A DNA stretch of 64,000 nt, from positions 186,001-250,000 of the forward strand of contig CBFFRQ010000018.1 of NCBI GenBank assembly GCA_965644315.1, in the 5' to 3' direction. The position numbers were made by a program, and so were the translations under genes. The notes below the pieces were generated by a model that saw nothing but the letters and a program-made list of their open reading frames with translations, was not told where the DNA came from and made no database searches. How positions within the stretch are numbered: the first letter of the stretch is position 1; every line of letters starts with the position of its first letter. This DNA comes from Caecitellus pseudoparvulus (Eukaryota > Protista > Bigyra: Bicosoecida). Below are positions 12,405 to 23,942 of the stretch, one piece after another.

Positions 12405-13430
12405 CTAAAACATCGAACTTGCTGCCCGGCTGCGACCCGGCATGCCTTCCCTTGACACTTGTGTCGATCCAAAGGCCTCTGATTCCCCGTGATCAGGGGG
12501 CAGCCGAATGATGACGCCGTCTGACCTCTCCGGGAAAGCGCTGACTTCTGGCCCCTCGCCCCGCTCAACCGCCGGCAGTGCCACGAGCAGCGCCAGCCAC
12601 GTAGCTGAGGCGGAAACTGAGCCAGAGTCTACCACTGCGGCTGATTGAGAAGCCGGCCCTGCTGCCGCTGCGGCGGCTGCCGCTGCATGCTTCGATTCGC
12701 TGACCAGCTCCTCCAGCGCGTCGACCTCGCCCGCCAACTCCCGCACCTGGCTGTGAAAGCCGGGGTTGGGCTCACAGGTCGGGTGGCGCTTGGACAGGCG
12801 CGCCAGCGCAACGTCACAAGCCAGCCCAGTGACCAGCATGAAGTACGACAGGCACACGGTCACGCTGCGGCTTCGGCCTGCGGCGCAGTGCACCAAGACG
12901 GACTTGCCAGTGGCCCGGGCGGTGGCGATGAACGTCAACGCCAGGGGCAGCAGCGGCTCCAAGTCCGTGAACACCGTGTCTTTCCATGGGATCTGCATGA
13001 TGGTCAGCCCCGCTGCCAGCGCAGCGTCCACTGCAGCAGTGTGCCGCTCGCCGAAGTTGCGCTCCAAAGCCCCAGCACAGTTCAGCACGAACCCGACGTC
13101 GTGGTCGAGGAGCCACTCAGTGTTCCAGAAAGCGTGCACTGAGCCAACATAAACCGATCCAAGTGCCCCTTTGCCGTGGGCACTGCCGTCGGGGGCCTTC
13201 CCTGCACTCCCGAAAGCCTCCTCGGGGTACACGACACGGGAAGGTGTCGCGTGTGTCTCGCTCAGCACCACGCCAGCAGCTTGCCTGGCGGCACCCTTCG
13301 TGAAGGAGCCGACATGGGGCAATCCTCGCCGGCCTCCTGTCGTTCGCGGCACTCGAGGACTGGAACACGGCGGGCCGCTCTCGTGCGCCGCTTCGCCTAG
13401 CTGCAGGCCCAGGCCTTTGGGCTTCGGCAT
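12405..13430 (-). CDS. Atypical dual-specificity protein phosphatase
   Basis: Motifs VYVGS, VLNCA, catalytic VLVHCAAGRSRS and PNPGF. The 3' end is uncertain. Confidence 0.88.
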   Translation of the reverse strand: MPKPKGLGLQLGEAAHESGPPCSSPRVPRTTGGRRGLPHVGSFTKGAARQAAGVVLSETHATPSRVVYPEEAFGSAGKAPDGSAHGKGALGSVYVGSVHAFWNTEWLLDHDVGFVLNCAGALERNFGERHTAAVDAALAAGLTIMQIPWKDTVFTDLEPLLPLALTFIATARATGKSVLVHCAAGRSRSVTVCLSYFMLVTGLACDVALARLSKRHPTCEPNPGFHSQVRELAGEVDALEELVSESKHAAAAAAAAAGPASQSAAVVDSGSVSASATWLALLVALPAVERGEGPEVSAFPERSDGVIIRLPPDHGESEAFGSTQVSREGMPGRSRAASSMF

Positions 13431-13785
13431 GGTGGCAGCGACGCCGCGAGGGTACAGGTGGGTTCCAGGGCGAGCTCACGCGAGGCACACAGGGCAAGCC
13501 TGTGTTGATCAATCGCAGGATGCCAAAGAAGGGGGCAGGCCCGCAGCAAAGTTGCGTGTGGCGGGCAGGCTGAGAGCCAAGACGTGCCGCAAGGCACCGT
13601 GGTGCCTGAAACGCCGCTCGGTGCGCAGCTGATGTGGTGACTGCAGCAGCGCACGCTGGCCTCAGGCTCTTTCGAGAATGTGAAGGGAAGAAAAGTGGCG
13701 CGGTGTACATTTGTGATGCATTGCAATGGCAGCTGGCGGGAGGGTTGGAGGGCTGGCACAGACACGCCTGGCCCGTGCACGCGCC

Positions 13786-16362
13786 TCAGATGTCTTCTGT
13801 GCCACCGAATGCAGCGGCATGTCCGGCAGCCCCCTCATCCTCACTGGAGACGGCACCCTGGCCTTGGGCTGGGGCTTGGTCCGGCGTGGGAGACGCCGCG
13901 CTGAATGGCGGCATGTCGATGGGCGTCGCAACAGGCTCGGAGTGGGCTGCAGATTCGGCCGGCTCCGGGGGCGGCGCGACAACCGGCTGGAACACGGGCT
14001 GCGCTGGCGGGTGGGCTGGGACTGTCTCCTGGTCAGCCTTGACCACGTGCTCAGCGCCTGCAGCACCTGGCAAAGCGCCCTCTGCGGCAAAAGGCAGCTC
14101 CTGGCCGAACTTCGTGAACAAGTCCGCCACCGGCCCCTCGGCTTCGTCGGCGTGCACGGCTGCAACGGCTTCAGGCAGGGATACACGCCCGCCGCTGCAT
14201 GTTGCAAGCAGGTTTGCCATGCCCACCCACGCCTGTGCGCGTGCTGTGGCGTGTGCCGCCTGCAGGCTCGTGAACTTGTGCAGGCGGCGTGCCGTCAGCG
14301 ACCGCCTCTCCGCCATGACCCGCAGCATTTCAGCCTTGATGCCGTCTGTCACGTCTTGCACAGCCTGCTGCCGCGTGCCGTCCTTGCGCTCTGCACGTGC
14401 AAGGCGCGCTGCCGCCTGGAGCCGGGCTGCTGCACTGCCACTGGCGTTGGCGGTGGTGCTTTCCTTGCGCCGGCGAGCGAGCAGGGCGGCGGAGCGCTTG
14501 GCGGCATCCAGGACCAGCTGCCTGCGCTGCGTCGCCGCAGCCAGCTCGGCCTCCTTCACCTGCTCTGCTCGCATCATGGCGTACAGCGTGGCATCCAGTT
14601 CGCCCTGCTGGTCGTGTAGGCGGTGCCCCTGCCGCTGCACTTCCCCAGCCAGGGTGGTCAGCATCTCGCCTCGCGAGCTCGCTGACAGGTGCACTTGGGG
14701 GTCTGCAGGCTCCGCTTTGCTGGGCGTGCGCTCAGCCCGTGAGCGTGACTCCTCGCTTTTGCGGGCGACGGCAGCGGCAGTGGAGGTGGAGGCTGCGTGC
14801 TCCACCAAGTCCCCTTCAAACATGGACGCAAACTGGTCCTGGCTCATGGAGGAGCTCGCTTTACCCTGGTGCTCCTGAAACGCCTTGGCTGCCTCCAAGT
14901 CGCCGCCCGCCGCCGAAAACCGCGCAGTGGCTTCTCCAGAGTCGCCCTCCAGCGCAGAGGCCAGCGCAGCCTTGCGCCGCCGCTCAGCCTGCGCAGCCAG
15001 AGCCACGCCACTGCCTGCCGATGCCCCCTGTGTCTCTAGCTCCCCGAGGCTCTGCAGGCACGATGCCATGGCACTGAACTGCTCGCTGATGCCCGTCATG
15101 CGCTGGTGCAGGGTCTCCCCCACGGCTGCTGCTTCAGTCAGGCGGGCGAGGCTGCGGGCATGGTGACCTTGCAGCTCCAGGTACTGCTCGTCGTGGCCAA
15201 TGTGTGCCACATCCCCTCCAGAAGTCGCGTTCTGTGGGCGGGGAGGGGCGAGAGGTGGAGGCGGGCGGCTGCCGCACGCGCTGACACCGCGCAACGCACT
15301 GCGATGGTGTCCAGCATCGTGTCACCCTCTTCAGAGGCTGTAGTGCAGGACTCGATGTACGCTTTTAGCGCTGCGAAGCCTGCCTTGGAGGCGCCCAGAA
15401 AGACGACCAGGTCGAAACTCTGTGTTGCGACTCGTGCGTGGTTGCACGCCGCGTTCTGCGAAGGGGGCAAGGGGGATGAGGGACAGCGCCAGCCAAAACG
15501 CGTGAGACGCAACGCACAATGTACTGGTGCAAGGCTGCTGTGCGCTGCTTCAAGAAAGCATCGTCCTGGTTGCCAAAGACTCGCTTGCTGGGGAACAGCG
15601 GCAGCATGATGTCAGGGAACTGCGTGCACAGCCGCCCGTGCAGCCACTCGAAGTCTGAGAAACGCCGCTGCACAGTCATCATGGACTGGGGGAAGTGCTG
15701 CAGGCCCGTGGTGGTCACGACTTCGTACACGATGTGCCCTGACAAGCCTGAGCGCACCGCGGTTGGGCTGCCCACCTGCACGCCGATGTTGCAGGCGGTA
15801 GCGTCACTCGCCAGCACCAAGCTCCCCACGATGGCAGTGTTGGCGCAGTAGAACTCGGCCAGCGACAGCTCCGCTGTGCAGGGGCAGCGCGCGCCGCGTG
15901 AGCGTGGGCAAGTCACCGCTCCACAACGCCAGTGCACTCACCCTTGTGCTGCACGAGGGATTCTGGCGAGCAGACAAAGCCAGCCTGCGCACAGGCCACC
16001 AAACAGCAAGCCAACAGCCAGTCGGCACGTTCCAACGCTGCTTTGCTGGTGCCCCCACATGCCCACCGCCAGACCTGGGCAGGTGAGCAGCAGCGTCGTG
16101 TGCAGCGGGTTCACGGGCGTGGCTGGCAGGCCTGGTGCAGTGCAGCAGGACATACCTCGCGAAGCACGTCGTCCGGGAGCCGTGAGCGCCTCAAGAAGAG
16201 GGCCCCCTCCGCCCCTGCAACTTTGCCGTCCCCGTCATTGTCCACGGCTGTGAAGAGGCTGCCGTACGCTCGCTCCTCCCCCGCTGTCAGCTCCACTTGC
16301 CCTGCAGACGTGGACAGCTTGGTGCCACGCCCTCCGCCGAAGAGGCGGGCCAGGGCTGCCAT
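13786..16362 (-). CDS. Sorting nexin with N-terminal EH/EF-hand-like domain, PX domain and BAR-like helical region (SNX8/Mvp1-like)
   Basis: YGSLFTAVDNDGDGKV..FLRRSRLPDDVLREVW (EH-like); HIVYEV, VQRRFSDFEWL, LPLFPSK, FLKQR (PX). Introns 16075-16155, 15874-15941, 15456-15517 and 15232-15299 give a continuous frame. Confidence 0.82.
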
Positions 16363-16529
16363 CCGTGACGCGATGGGGACAAATTGCACTGCCAAACCAG
16401 GGCGACGTTGCCGCTGAAGAAACTCGGCTGTTGTGCTTGGTTTTGCCCCGCTACACGTTTGTGACCTGGTCCCAGGCACTCACTGGGCAGCTGGCTGCCG
16501 GGTTCAGATCAAGGCAACACTGCGGCACG

Positions 16530-18653
16530 ATGGCTGGCGGCGCCCACGAGCTGTCCAGCATCAACACGCTGCTGGCGGTGGCCATCATCGGACTGTCTGT
16601 AGTGGCTGGGTACCTCATCAAGAAGTACAAGTGCTTCGGCGTCCCCGAAAGCGCCTTGACCATGCTAGTGAGCCAGTTGGGCCTGCGCCCCACCCAGCCT
16701 CCGTCCTTCGGCATCCCTGAGGAACCCTGCTGCATGCGTTCCTGGCTGCCGTTCGTGCACAGCTTGGAGTCCTCATTGGGGGCATCGCTCGCCTCATTAG
16801 CAACGATGAGGAGGAGTTGGCCAACCTTTCGTTCAAGGTGCGATTCTGCTGCAGTGCAGCAGCAGCCAGTTGGCTGGCACCACCCCGGAGCAGGCGCTGC
16901 TGGCACGACGCTGACTCCCTCACGCCCGTGCCGCCGCAGCCGGAAGTGTTCTTCTTCATTCTTCTCCCCCCCATCATCTTTGAGGCTGGCTACTCTTTGA
17001 AGCGGGTAAGGCGGCGCTTGGCCGTGCTGCTGGAGCTGGCGTGAACCAGCAGCGCCACCCACCCTCCCCACGCAGCGTCGCTTCTTTCAAAACCTGTCCA
17101 CCATCGTGCTGTTCGCGGTGCTGGGGACCATCCTGTCCACCTTCATTGTGGGCGGCATCGTCTACGCTTTCAGCGTCGCCAAGGTGATCCCCCTGGACTC
17201 GTCGTCCCCCCTGCAGTCCTTCCTCTTCGGCGCCCTCATCTCGGCAGTGGACCCCGTGGCCACGCTGAGCATCATGGGGCACCCAGAGCTGCAGTGCGAC
17301 CCCCTCCTGTACTCCCTCGTCTTCGGGGAGTCTGTCCTGAATGATGCCGTCGCCATCGTGCTGTTCAAGTGAGTGCTAGCGCTGGCGCATCGCCCCCCGA
17401 TCGCCCCACCTCCACGCACGGCTGCCCTGCACAGGACGTTTGAGAACCTGACGGAGCGCAACCACGTGAACTTGAACAACGCCGGCAGCTACTTCCTGCT
17501 CATCTTGGAATTCGTGGGCATCGCTCTGGGGAGCATCGTCGTGGGCCTGGCGCTGGGCCTGCTGGCTTGCGTCATTTGCAAGCACACACACCTGAAGAAG
17601 CACCCGTCCAAGGAAATCACCGTGCTCTTCCTCTTCGCCTACGCCGCGTATGCGTTGGGGGAGCTCATGGACCTCTCCGGCATCATGGCGCTGTTCTTCA
17701 CAGGCATCGTGCTGAGTCACTACAACTTCCACAACCTCTCACCCATCACCCAGGAGAGCAGCACGTACACGTTCAAGGCGTTTGCCCACAGCACCGAAAC
17801 GGTGGTCTTCGCGTACATGGGCCTGTCCCTCTTCACGGCCAACTTCGCCTCGTGGAGCCCCTGGTTCATCGTCATCGCAGTGCTCGCCTGCCTCGTGGGC
17901 CGGGCCGCCAACACCTTCCCTCTCTCCTTCCTCGCGAACCTCAAGCGCAAGAAGCCCATCCCCATGGCCATGCAGTTCGTCATCTGGTTCGCCGGCCTGC
18001 GAGGCGCCATCGCCTTTGCCCTGTCCCTGAACATGCCGCTGTACGGCGGGAAGTGGGCGAACAGCAACGAGTTCGTGGAGACGACCACCCTGGCCATCGT
18101 CATGTTCACGACGCTGGTGTGTGGCAGCCTCACGGCGCCCATCCTGGACCGCTTCGGCATGAAGACAGCGGACCCGGCAGGGGACGAGGAGGACGAGGGC
18201 GAACTCGGCGACTACCAGCTCATGTACAGGCAGGCCTCCACACCCAAGGAAGCCGCCGCCATCTCCAAGGCTCACCGGGCTGGCGGCTTCCACCGCTTCT
18301 GGAAGGTCATTGACAACCGGTACATGAAGCCGCTCTTCGGCGGCAAGGCCAAGGCCAAGTACCTGTCCACGCCCAAGCAGTCAGAGCGCGCAGGGCTCAT
18401 GGCCAACCCCAGCGCAGCCTTCACCTCTGCCTCGTCGGCCAGCTTCGTGGGCGGAGGGGCGCCGGGCGGCTACGGCAGTGGCACTGAGACCGGCGAGGGC
18501 AAGGTGGCGGCGCCCTTCGATGATAGCGACAGCGATGGCGAGGGGGGTGACATTGGCGCGGGCTCTGGGGCGTTCTTCGGGTCCGCCACGGCCCCCGTCG
18601 TGGCCAGCCCGGATGCGGGGGGGGGTGGATACCAGCCGCCGCCCGCAGAGTGA
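16530..18653 (+). CDS. Na+/H+ exchanger, CPA1/NHE family (intracellular NHE8/NHX-like)
   Basis: Motifs FFFILLPPIIFEAGY, FGALISAVDPVATL, LVFGESVLNDAVAIVL, LSGIMALFF and WFAGLRGAIAFAL. Introns 16668-16762, 16838-16939, 17006-17075 and 17369-17434. Confidence 0.95.
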
Positions 18654-18758
18654 TGCGCCCCTGCCCAGCCAATTCACACAAGACACCAACGAGCACGCAG
18701 ACGCTGCGTGTGTGCTCTCACGTGATGCTGCTGCCCTGCCTCCGCTGGGACTGCCACC

Positions 18759-19751
18759 ATGGCGAACCTGGACCAGTTGACGCAGGGTGCGTTGGGCTGG
18801 CCGGCTGCGCCGCCTCTGCTGTGTGGGACGTGGAGGTACTGCAGCCCCACACTGCTGCCCCGTTCACAGCCGTGGAGACTGCTCTTCAGAAGGATGGCAC
18901 CCTGAAGCGCATTCGAGCAGAGCTGTTTGCAGCGACGGCTGCTGTGCTGCAGGAGCCGGTGCGTGCGGAAATTGGGGAGCCACCCAGCCCCACTGCACAA
19001 CACTCGCACGTGCTTGCCCCAGGAGACGGGCACTGTGGGGAAGCCGCCGCCTGAGAACACCTTCATTAACAGTCTCATCCACGAGTACCTCAGCTTCAAT
19101 GGCATGCCAGGAACTGCCCGCATGCTGGCACTGGGTGAGGCCTGGCGTGCCTGCCGTTGCACGAGCACAGCCTGCACCCCACGACTCGCCGTGTGCGCCG
19201 CAGAATCCGGGCTGCATGCCGAAGAGCGCCTTCCGCGGGAGTTCCTTGCGCATTCCCTGGGGCTGGAGAGCGACGCCACCCTGCAGGAAGCGGAGGACCT
19301 GCCACTGCTGTACGGCGCAGTGGGGCAGCTGCAGGCGGCCCGGCGAGCAGCCGTCACGGCAGGCCTCGTGCCGACAGCCGAGCAGCCCACCGTGCCGCCC
19401 TTGACGACTGCCCAGCGAGAGGAGGTGGACTCGCTTGCTGCCGCCATGGCAAGGGCGTACAAGGCTGACGCAGCCAGGGAGCTTGCGCGAGCGACAGCGC
19501 CAGCAGTCCGCGAGGCGGCCCCGGATGACAGGGACGGTGCCCCCCGCCATGGAGATACGAGGGGAGGCACTAGTGGAGACGAGGGTGGTGAGGCCGAGGG
19601 GTGGGGGGCTGTGGGCATTGGGTACCAAGGAGGGGGGGTGGGCCGGCCAGTCAGGGGGGGGCTGTCTGGCACAGGCGGCAGGCAGCCAGAGGCTGGAGAT
19701 GGTTCGGGGGAGGAAGGCGCGTACTCTGACGATGAATTCGAAGCCGCCTGA
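18759..19751 (+). CDS. CEP20: LisH-domain centriolar protein FOR20/FOPNL/CEP20-like
   Basis: Spliced sequence LQKDGTLKRIRAELF..ENTFINSLIHEYLSFN..ESG..LPREFLAHSLG..LPLLYG follows the FOR20 layout. Introns 18787-18869, 18959-19022 and 19135-19203. Confidence 0.82.
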
Positions 19752-19775
19752 GGCAGGACGAGCGCCGGGCGCGCG

Positions 19776-22224
19776 TCACAGGAAGTTGTGCGTGGGTGCC
19801 AGGGCACGGGGCACGGGGCGGGCTGCGGCGGCGAGGGCCGCGCCCGCCGCCTCTGAGCCTGCCAGCCCCGCCGCGCTCAATGCAAAGAGCAGCTTGGCGC
19901 GGACATCGGAGAAGACCCGCGCGTCAGACAGGCCCTCCCGCTCGGACGCAAAGTGCCCCTTCTCAGACATGCGCCAGGCAGCCAGCTCCTTGCCCATGAC
20001 TCCCTGCCGCGCGGCAGCAATCAGGTCCGTGTTGGCGCCGACACCGGTCACTGGCTGGCCCGGCGTGGGCCCACTACCTTCCCGCCGCTGCCGTGCGAAG
20101 GCGGCTGACGTCGCGGCGACGTACGCTGCATGGGCAGTGCCCAGCTGTGCTGCGGCGTAGGAAGCCGTCGTGTGCGAATTCAGTCGGTCCGTGTCGCGTG
20201 TCAGTCCCGCCACCGCCTCCGCATATGGCGCCGTGTCCTTGATATCTTGCAAACGCTGGCGCAGCGCCTCAGCCTCCGCCTCCGCCTCGGCAGCTCTCTC
20301 CCGAGCCGCCTCCGCCGCTGCTTGCCTGAGTGCCGCCCGTGCCGCCACACGCGGCGCTGCCTCTGCCACTGCTGCTCGGGCTGCCTCCGCCGCTGCTTCT
20401 GCCGCTGCCGCAGTGGCGGCGGCAGAGGCTGCCTCTGCCGCCGCCACCTCCTGCGCCCATGCCCGCACCTTCGCTCGCCGGGCGGCGGCATCTGCCTGTG
20501 CCTTGGCTTCAGCCGCTGCAGCTGCTGCTGCTGCCTCAGATGCAGCAGCTGCAGCGGCAGCGCTCTCCCGGGCTTGGCGCTCAGCGTCTGCTGCCTGGAG
20601 ACGGCGCAGGCGCCGCCGCTTGGCCTGCGCTGCCACGGCAGCAGCGTGTACTGCAGCGGCGCGCTCCGCTGCTTCCTCGTGGGCTGCCTTGCAAGCTTGG
20701 AAAGCGGCAGCGGCACCCCGCAAGACCTCCCGCTGGTGCCGGTGGAAGGCTGCGTGGGCGTCCTTGGTGGCGCGCTGCCGGGCACTGGCCGCGTCGACAA
20801 CACGCCAGTGGCGGGCTATGGACTCGGCCGACTTGTGTGGCAGCTGCTCTTGGAGGCGGCGGGAGACGTCTCCCCGTGTGCTCGCCGTGTGCCCTGAGCC
20901 AGCGGTGTGCCTGCCGCCGCTGCTCTGCAGGACTGAACTGAAGGTCGCATGGTCGGCGTGCGACCAGCCGAAGGCGGGGTCATCGGGGCGCACTCTCGCC
21001 TCGCTGCACACTCCCTCCCACTGCTGTGCAGCCGCGTGCAGTGCCACTGCCAGTGCATCCCGGTGTGTCAGAAGCTGCTGCGTCCACTGGTCCACCACGC
21101 TCGCGTCTGGGACGGCACTCGACCCGACACCCTGCAGCGCCTCGGCACACTGCTCATCTGTCGGCACGCCAGCTGCGTGCCCGTGGCCTGCCTGCGCCGC
21201 GCCCCCCCGACGGGCTGCAGCAAGCGCAGGCCGCAAACTGGCGTGCAGGGCGCCCTCAGCAGCCTCGTACTGCTCAGCCAGCCGTGCTCCCAGTGCTTCC
21301 ACCTCGTCCTCCAACTGGCCCAGGGCAGTGCCCAGTACGCCTTCATCTTCCCCGCCGTGGCGCAACACCCTGCTGACTTCTTGAAGGGCGTGCACTTGCT
21401 GCCCCACCTCCGCTGCCTGCTGTGCCAATTGCTGCGGCAGCGTTGCCGCCAACCAGCCATGAACCTGGCCAGCAGCCAGGCGTGTCACGGGGTCAGATGA
21501 CGGAACTCCAGCCAGGGCTTCCATTTGCGCCAGCAACTCCTGGGCTGCGAGTAGCTGGCGGGCCTCTGCATCCTCCTCGCCCTCCCCGCCATCCCCAGCG
21601 CTGTGCGTAGGGGCACACACGCTGTGGTGTTGCTGCTCCTCGTCGCTGCTTGCCAGGGCTCCCTCCATGCTTGAGTCACCAGCCCAGCCCTCCACAGCGC
21701 GAAGAAGGACACCAAAGGCACTCTTCTCCTGCTCACGAAGGTTTCGCCACTCGTCAAACCACAGCAGCTGCGAAAGGCCCCGCGCAAGGGTGCTGGTGAC
21801 GAGCGAAACGGCAGCGAAACGGCAAAGCCTTGCACACCTTACGCTTCTCTTGCTGCGCCTTGCGCTTGCCTGCCGACGCCTTTTCTTTCAGAGCCTTGAT
21901 CTTCTGCTTGTTCGTGCCGTGACGTGTGTGGTGTGCTGCAATGCTGGCTCGCCACGGCCGCCACGGCTCGCTCACCTGCTCTGCTGTAGTCTCGGCAGCA
22001 CAAGTCCCCGCTCGCAGCATGTGCCGCAGCGCCTCTTGCTGCTCCAAGGCACCCATCCCAGCCCGCGCCCTGAACCTTTGGGGCTTTGCTGCATCTTGTG
22101 CTCGCTGGACGAGGCTCTTGCGAGGCGGGGCGCTGCGATGGCGACGCAAGGCCTTGACGGCAGCAGCGCCGCTGCCGCCAGCCGACTCTGGGCGCCCCGC
22201 CTCTGCCGCAGAGCTCCGCTTCAT
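19776..22224 (-). CDS. Coiled-coil protein, CCDC148-like
   Basis: GWSHADHATF..RRLQEQLPHKS..IARH and C-terminal DVRAKLLFALSAAGL resemble CCDC148. Long Ala/Glu/Arg coiled coil. Introns 21904-21975 and 21768-21837. Confidence 0.65.
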
Positions 22225-22627
22225 GTCATTCGGAGCAGCAAAGTCGTGTTTCCAGGCGTGGGTGTTGCAGCGAGATTGAGAGATTTGGTTTCTAGGGTTT
22301 GATCGCGTTATTTTTACAGAAGCAAGGCGCAAGATTGTCTGACTTCTCTTCAAGTATGAAAACCAGGTGTTTCTCATCAAGAAACCTGCAATCGGACTTG
22401 CTTTGCTGATAGACAGGGACACTGAGACCATTGCAGGGCGCCATTTACATCAATTCCGAAACCCACCCGAACCTGGCGCCCAGGAACCCTCAGAGCACCC
22501 CGTCCCACACACATTCGTGCTCAAAGCAGCACTCGGCAGCTGTGCATCGCAGCCTCCAGGCCGCCAAGTGCGCGGCGCCTCGCGGCTTCTTCTGCTCAAG
22601 CGCCAGCTCTCCGCGTCGCACCCCAGC

Positions 22628-23164
22628 ATGGCGTCCCCGGCCCGATCATTGCCACCGACGCCGCCAGCTCGTGGCAGCTTCCCTCTTGACCACGGCGGGC
22701 AGTGCAAAATGGCCAAGCAGGTGAGGCCAGCCGATTCGAGCACGCGACAATCCCCCCCTGGCCGTCACCCAACTCGTTGCTTGTCGCACAGAGCTTCATG
22801 CTGTGCATGGCACAACATGCAGGGTCGCACCACAAGTGCCAGGAGCGGTCGAAGGCCTACCTGCAGTGCAGGATGGACAAGTGCGTGGTTCGGCGTTTCG
22901 TGCCGAAACTCTCGCGCACATCAACGATCTGGGCTTGTCCGTGCAGAGGGCTCATGGAACAGGAGGATCTGGACACTCTTGGGTTTCAGCATCAGGTGGT
23001 GGTGTCCAAGGAAGAAGTCAAGCAGGACTCAGGTGAGTGTGAAGCTTCAGGACCGGTGCTGTCTGTGGTCAGCTGCGCCGTATTGCGCCGCAGGTGGCGA
23101 GGTTGTTGCTGGGCTGAACTCAGCCAGGAAGAAGAAGAGCTTCATGTTCGGGTGGGGCTTCTAG
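22628..23164 (+). CDS. COX19: Cytochrome c oxidase assembly protein COX19 (twin CX9C)
   Basis: PPARGSFPLDHGGQC..FMLC..C...SKAYLQCRMDKGLM..LGF. Introns 22721-22791, 22881-22946 and 23033-23093. Confidence 0.92.
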   Translation: MASPARSLPPTPPARGSFPLDHGGQCKMAKQVRPADSSTRQSPPGRHPTRCLSHRASCCAWHNMQGRTTSARSGRRPTCSAGWTSAWFGVSCRNSRAHQRSGLVRAEGSWNRRIWTLLGFSIRWWCPRKKSSRTQVSVKLQDRCCLWSAAPYCAAGGEVVAGLNSARKKKSFMFGWGF

Positions 23165-23942
23165 CTCAGCTTGCCCGAGGCCTGACTTGACCTGCTGGGC
23201 GGGGGTCTCGATCAGACTCCGTGCAAGACACCGGCGCACGGGGATGTGTTGCATCTCTCCGCACTACCCTGGCGTGGCAGGGGCAGCAGGACTGCAGCAA
23301 GGTGCATGTACCTGTCTGGCTCGCCTGTAGTGACGGTTGCCGCCGCTGTGGAGGGGCGCGTGCAGTGCACCAGCGAGGAGTTGGCAAGGCACGGGGAAGG
23401 GCGTCCCCAGCTCACAGTGGGCAAGAGGACCCCTGCTCACGCCTCCCAGGCAGACACACCGTGTGAGTGCCCCCAACGACACGAAGCTCGCCCTCAGTGA
23501 CTGCGACAAGCGCGTGTTCCCGGTGTCGCGCCCCCTGCTGGCCAGCTCATGCATGTAGGGCCACTCCAGCCCACAGGGGTCGTTCAGAAGGACGCGGGGC
23601 ACCTGCAGGGCATGTGAGGAGGAAACAGGCTCAATGCACACCCCGGAAATTCGCTGGTCTCCGGGCTTCCTCCACGAGGCGTGCTTTGACATGTGCGGCG
23701 CTCCTCCATACATGCCCGTCGCCTGGGCAAATCACAGGTTCCCCACTCCACCGCACCACCAGCCGCCACACCACCACTCCACACAGTCTGTGTGAGCGAA
23801 AGGTAAAGAGCGCCTCTGGGACCAAGGCTGCAGTTCGCTCTACCCCCCAGCGCCGCAGCTGCATGGCCAGCGGGAAGCAGCAGGTCACAGCGCGCAGGAG
23901 AGGGAGCGCGACGCCACGTTTCTCATCGAGGGCGCCGGCAAC

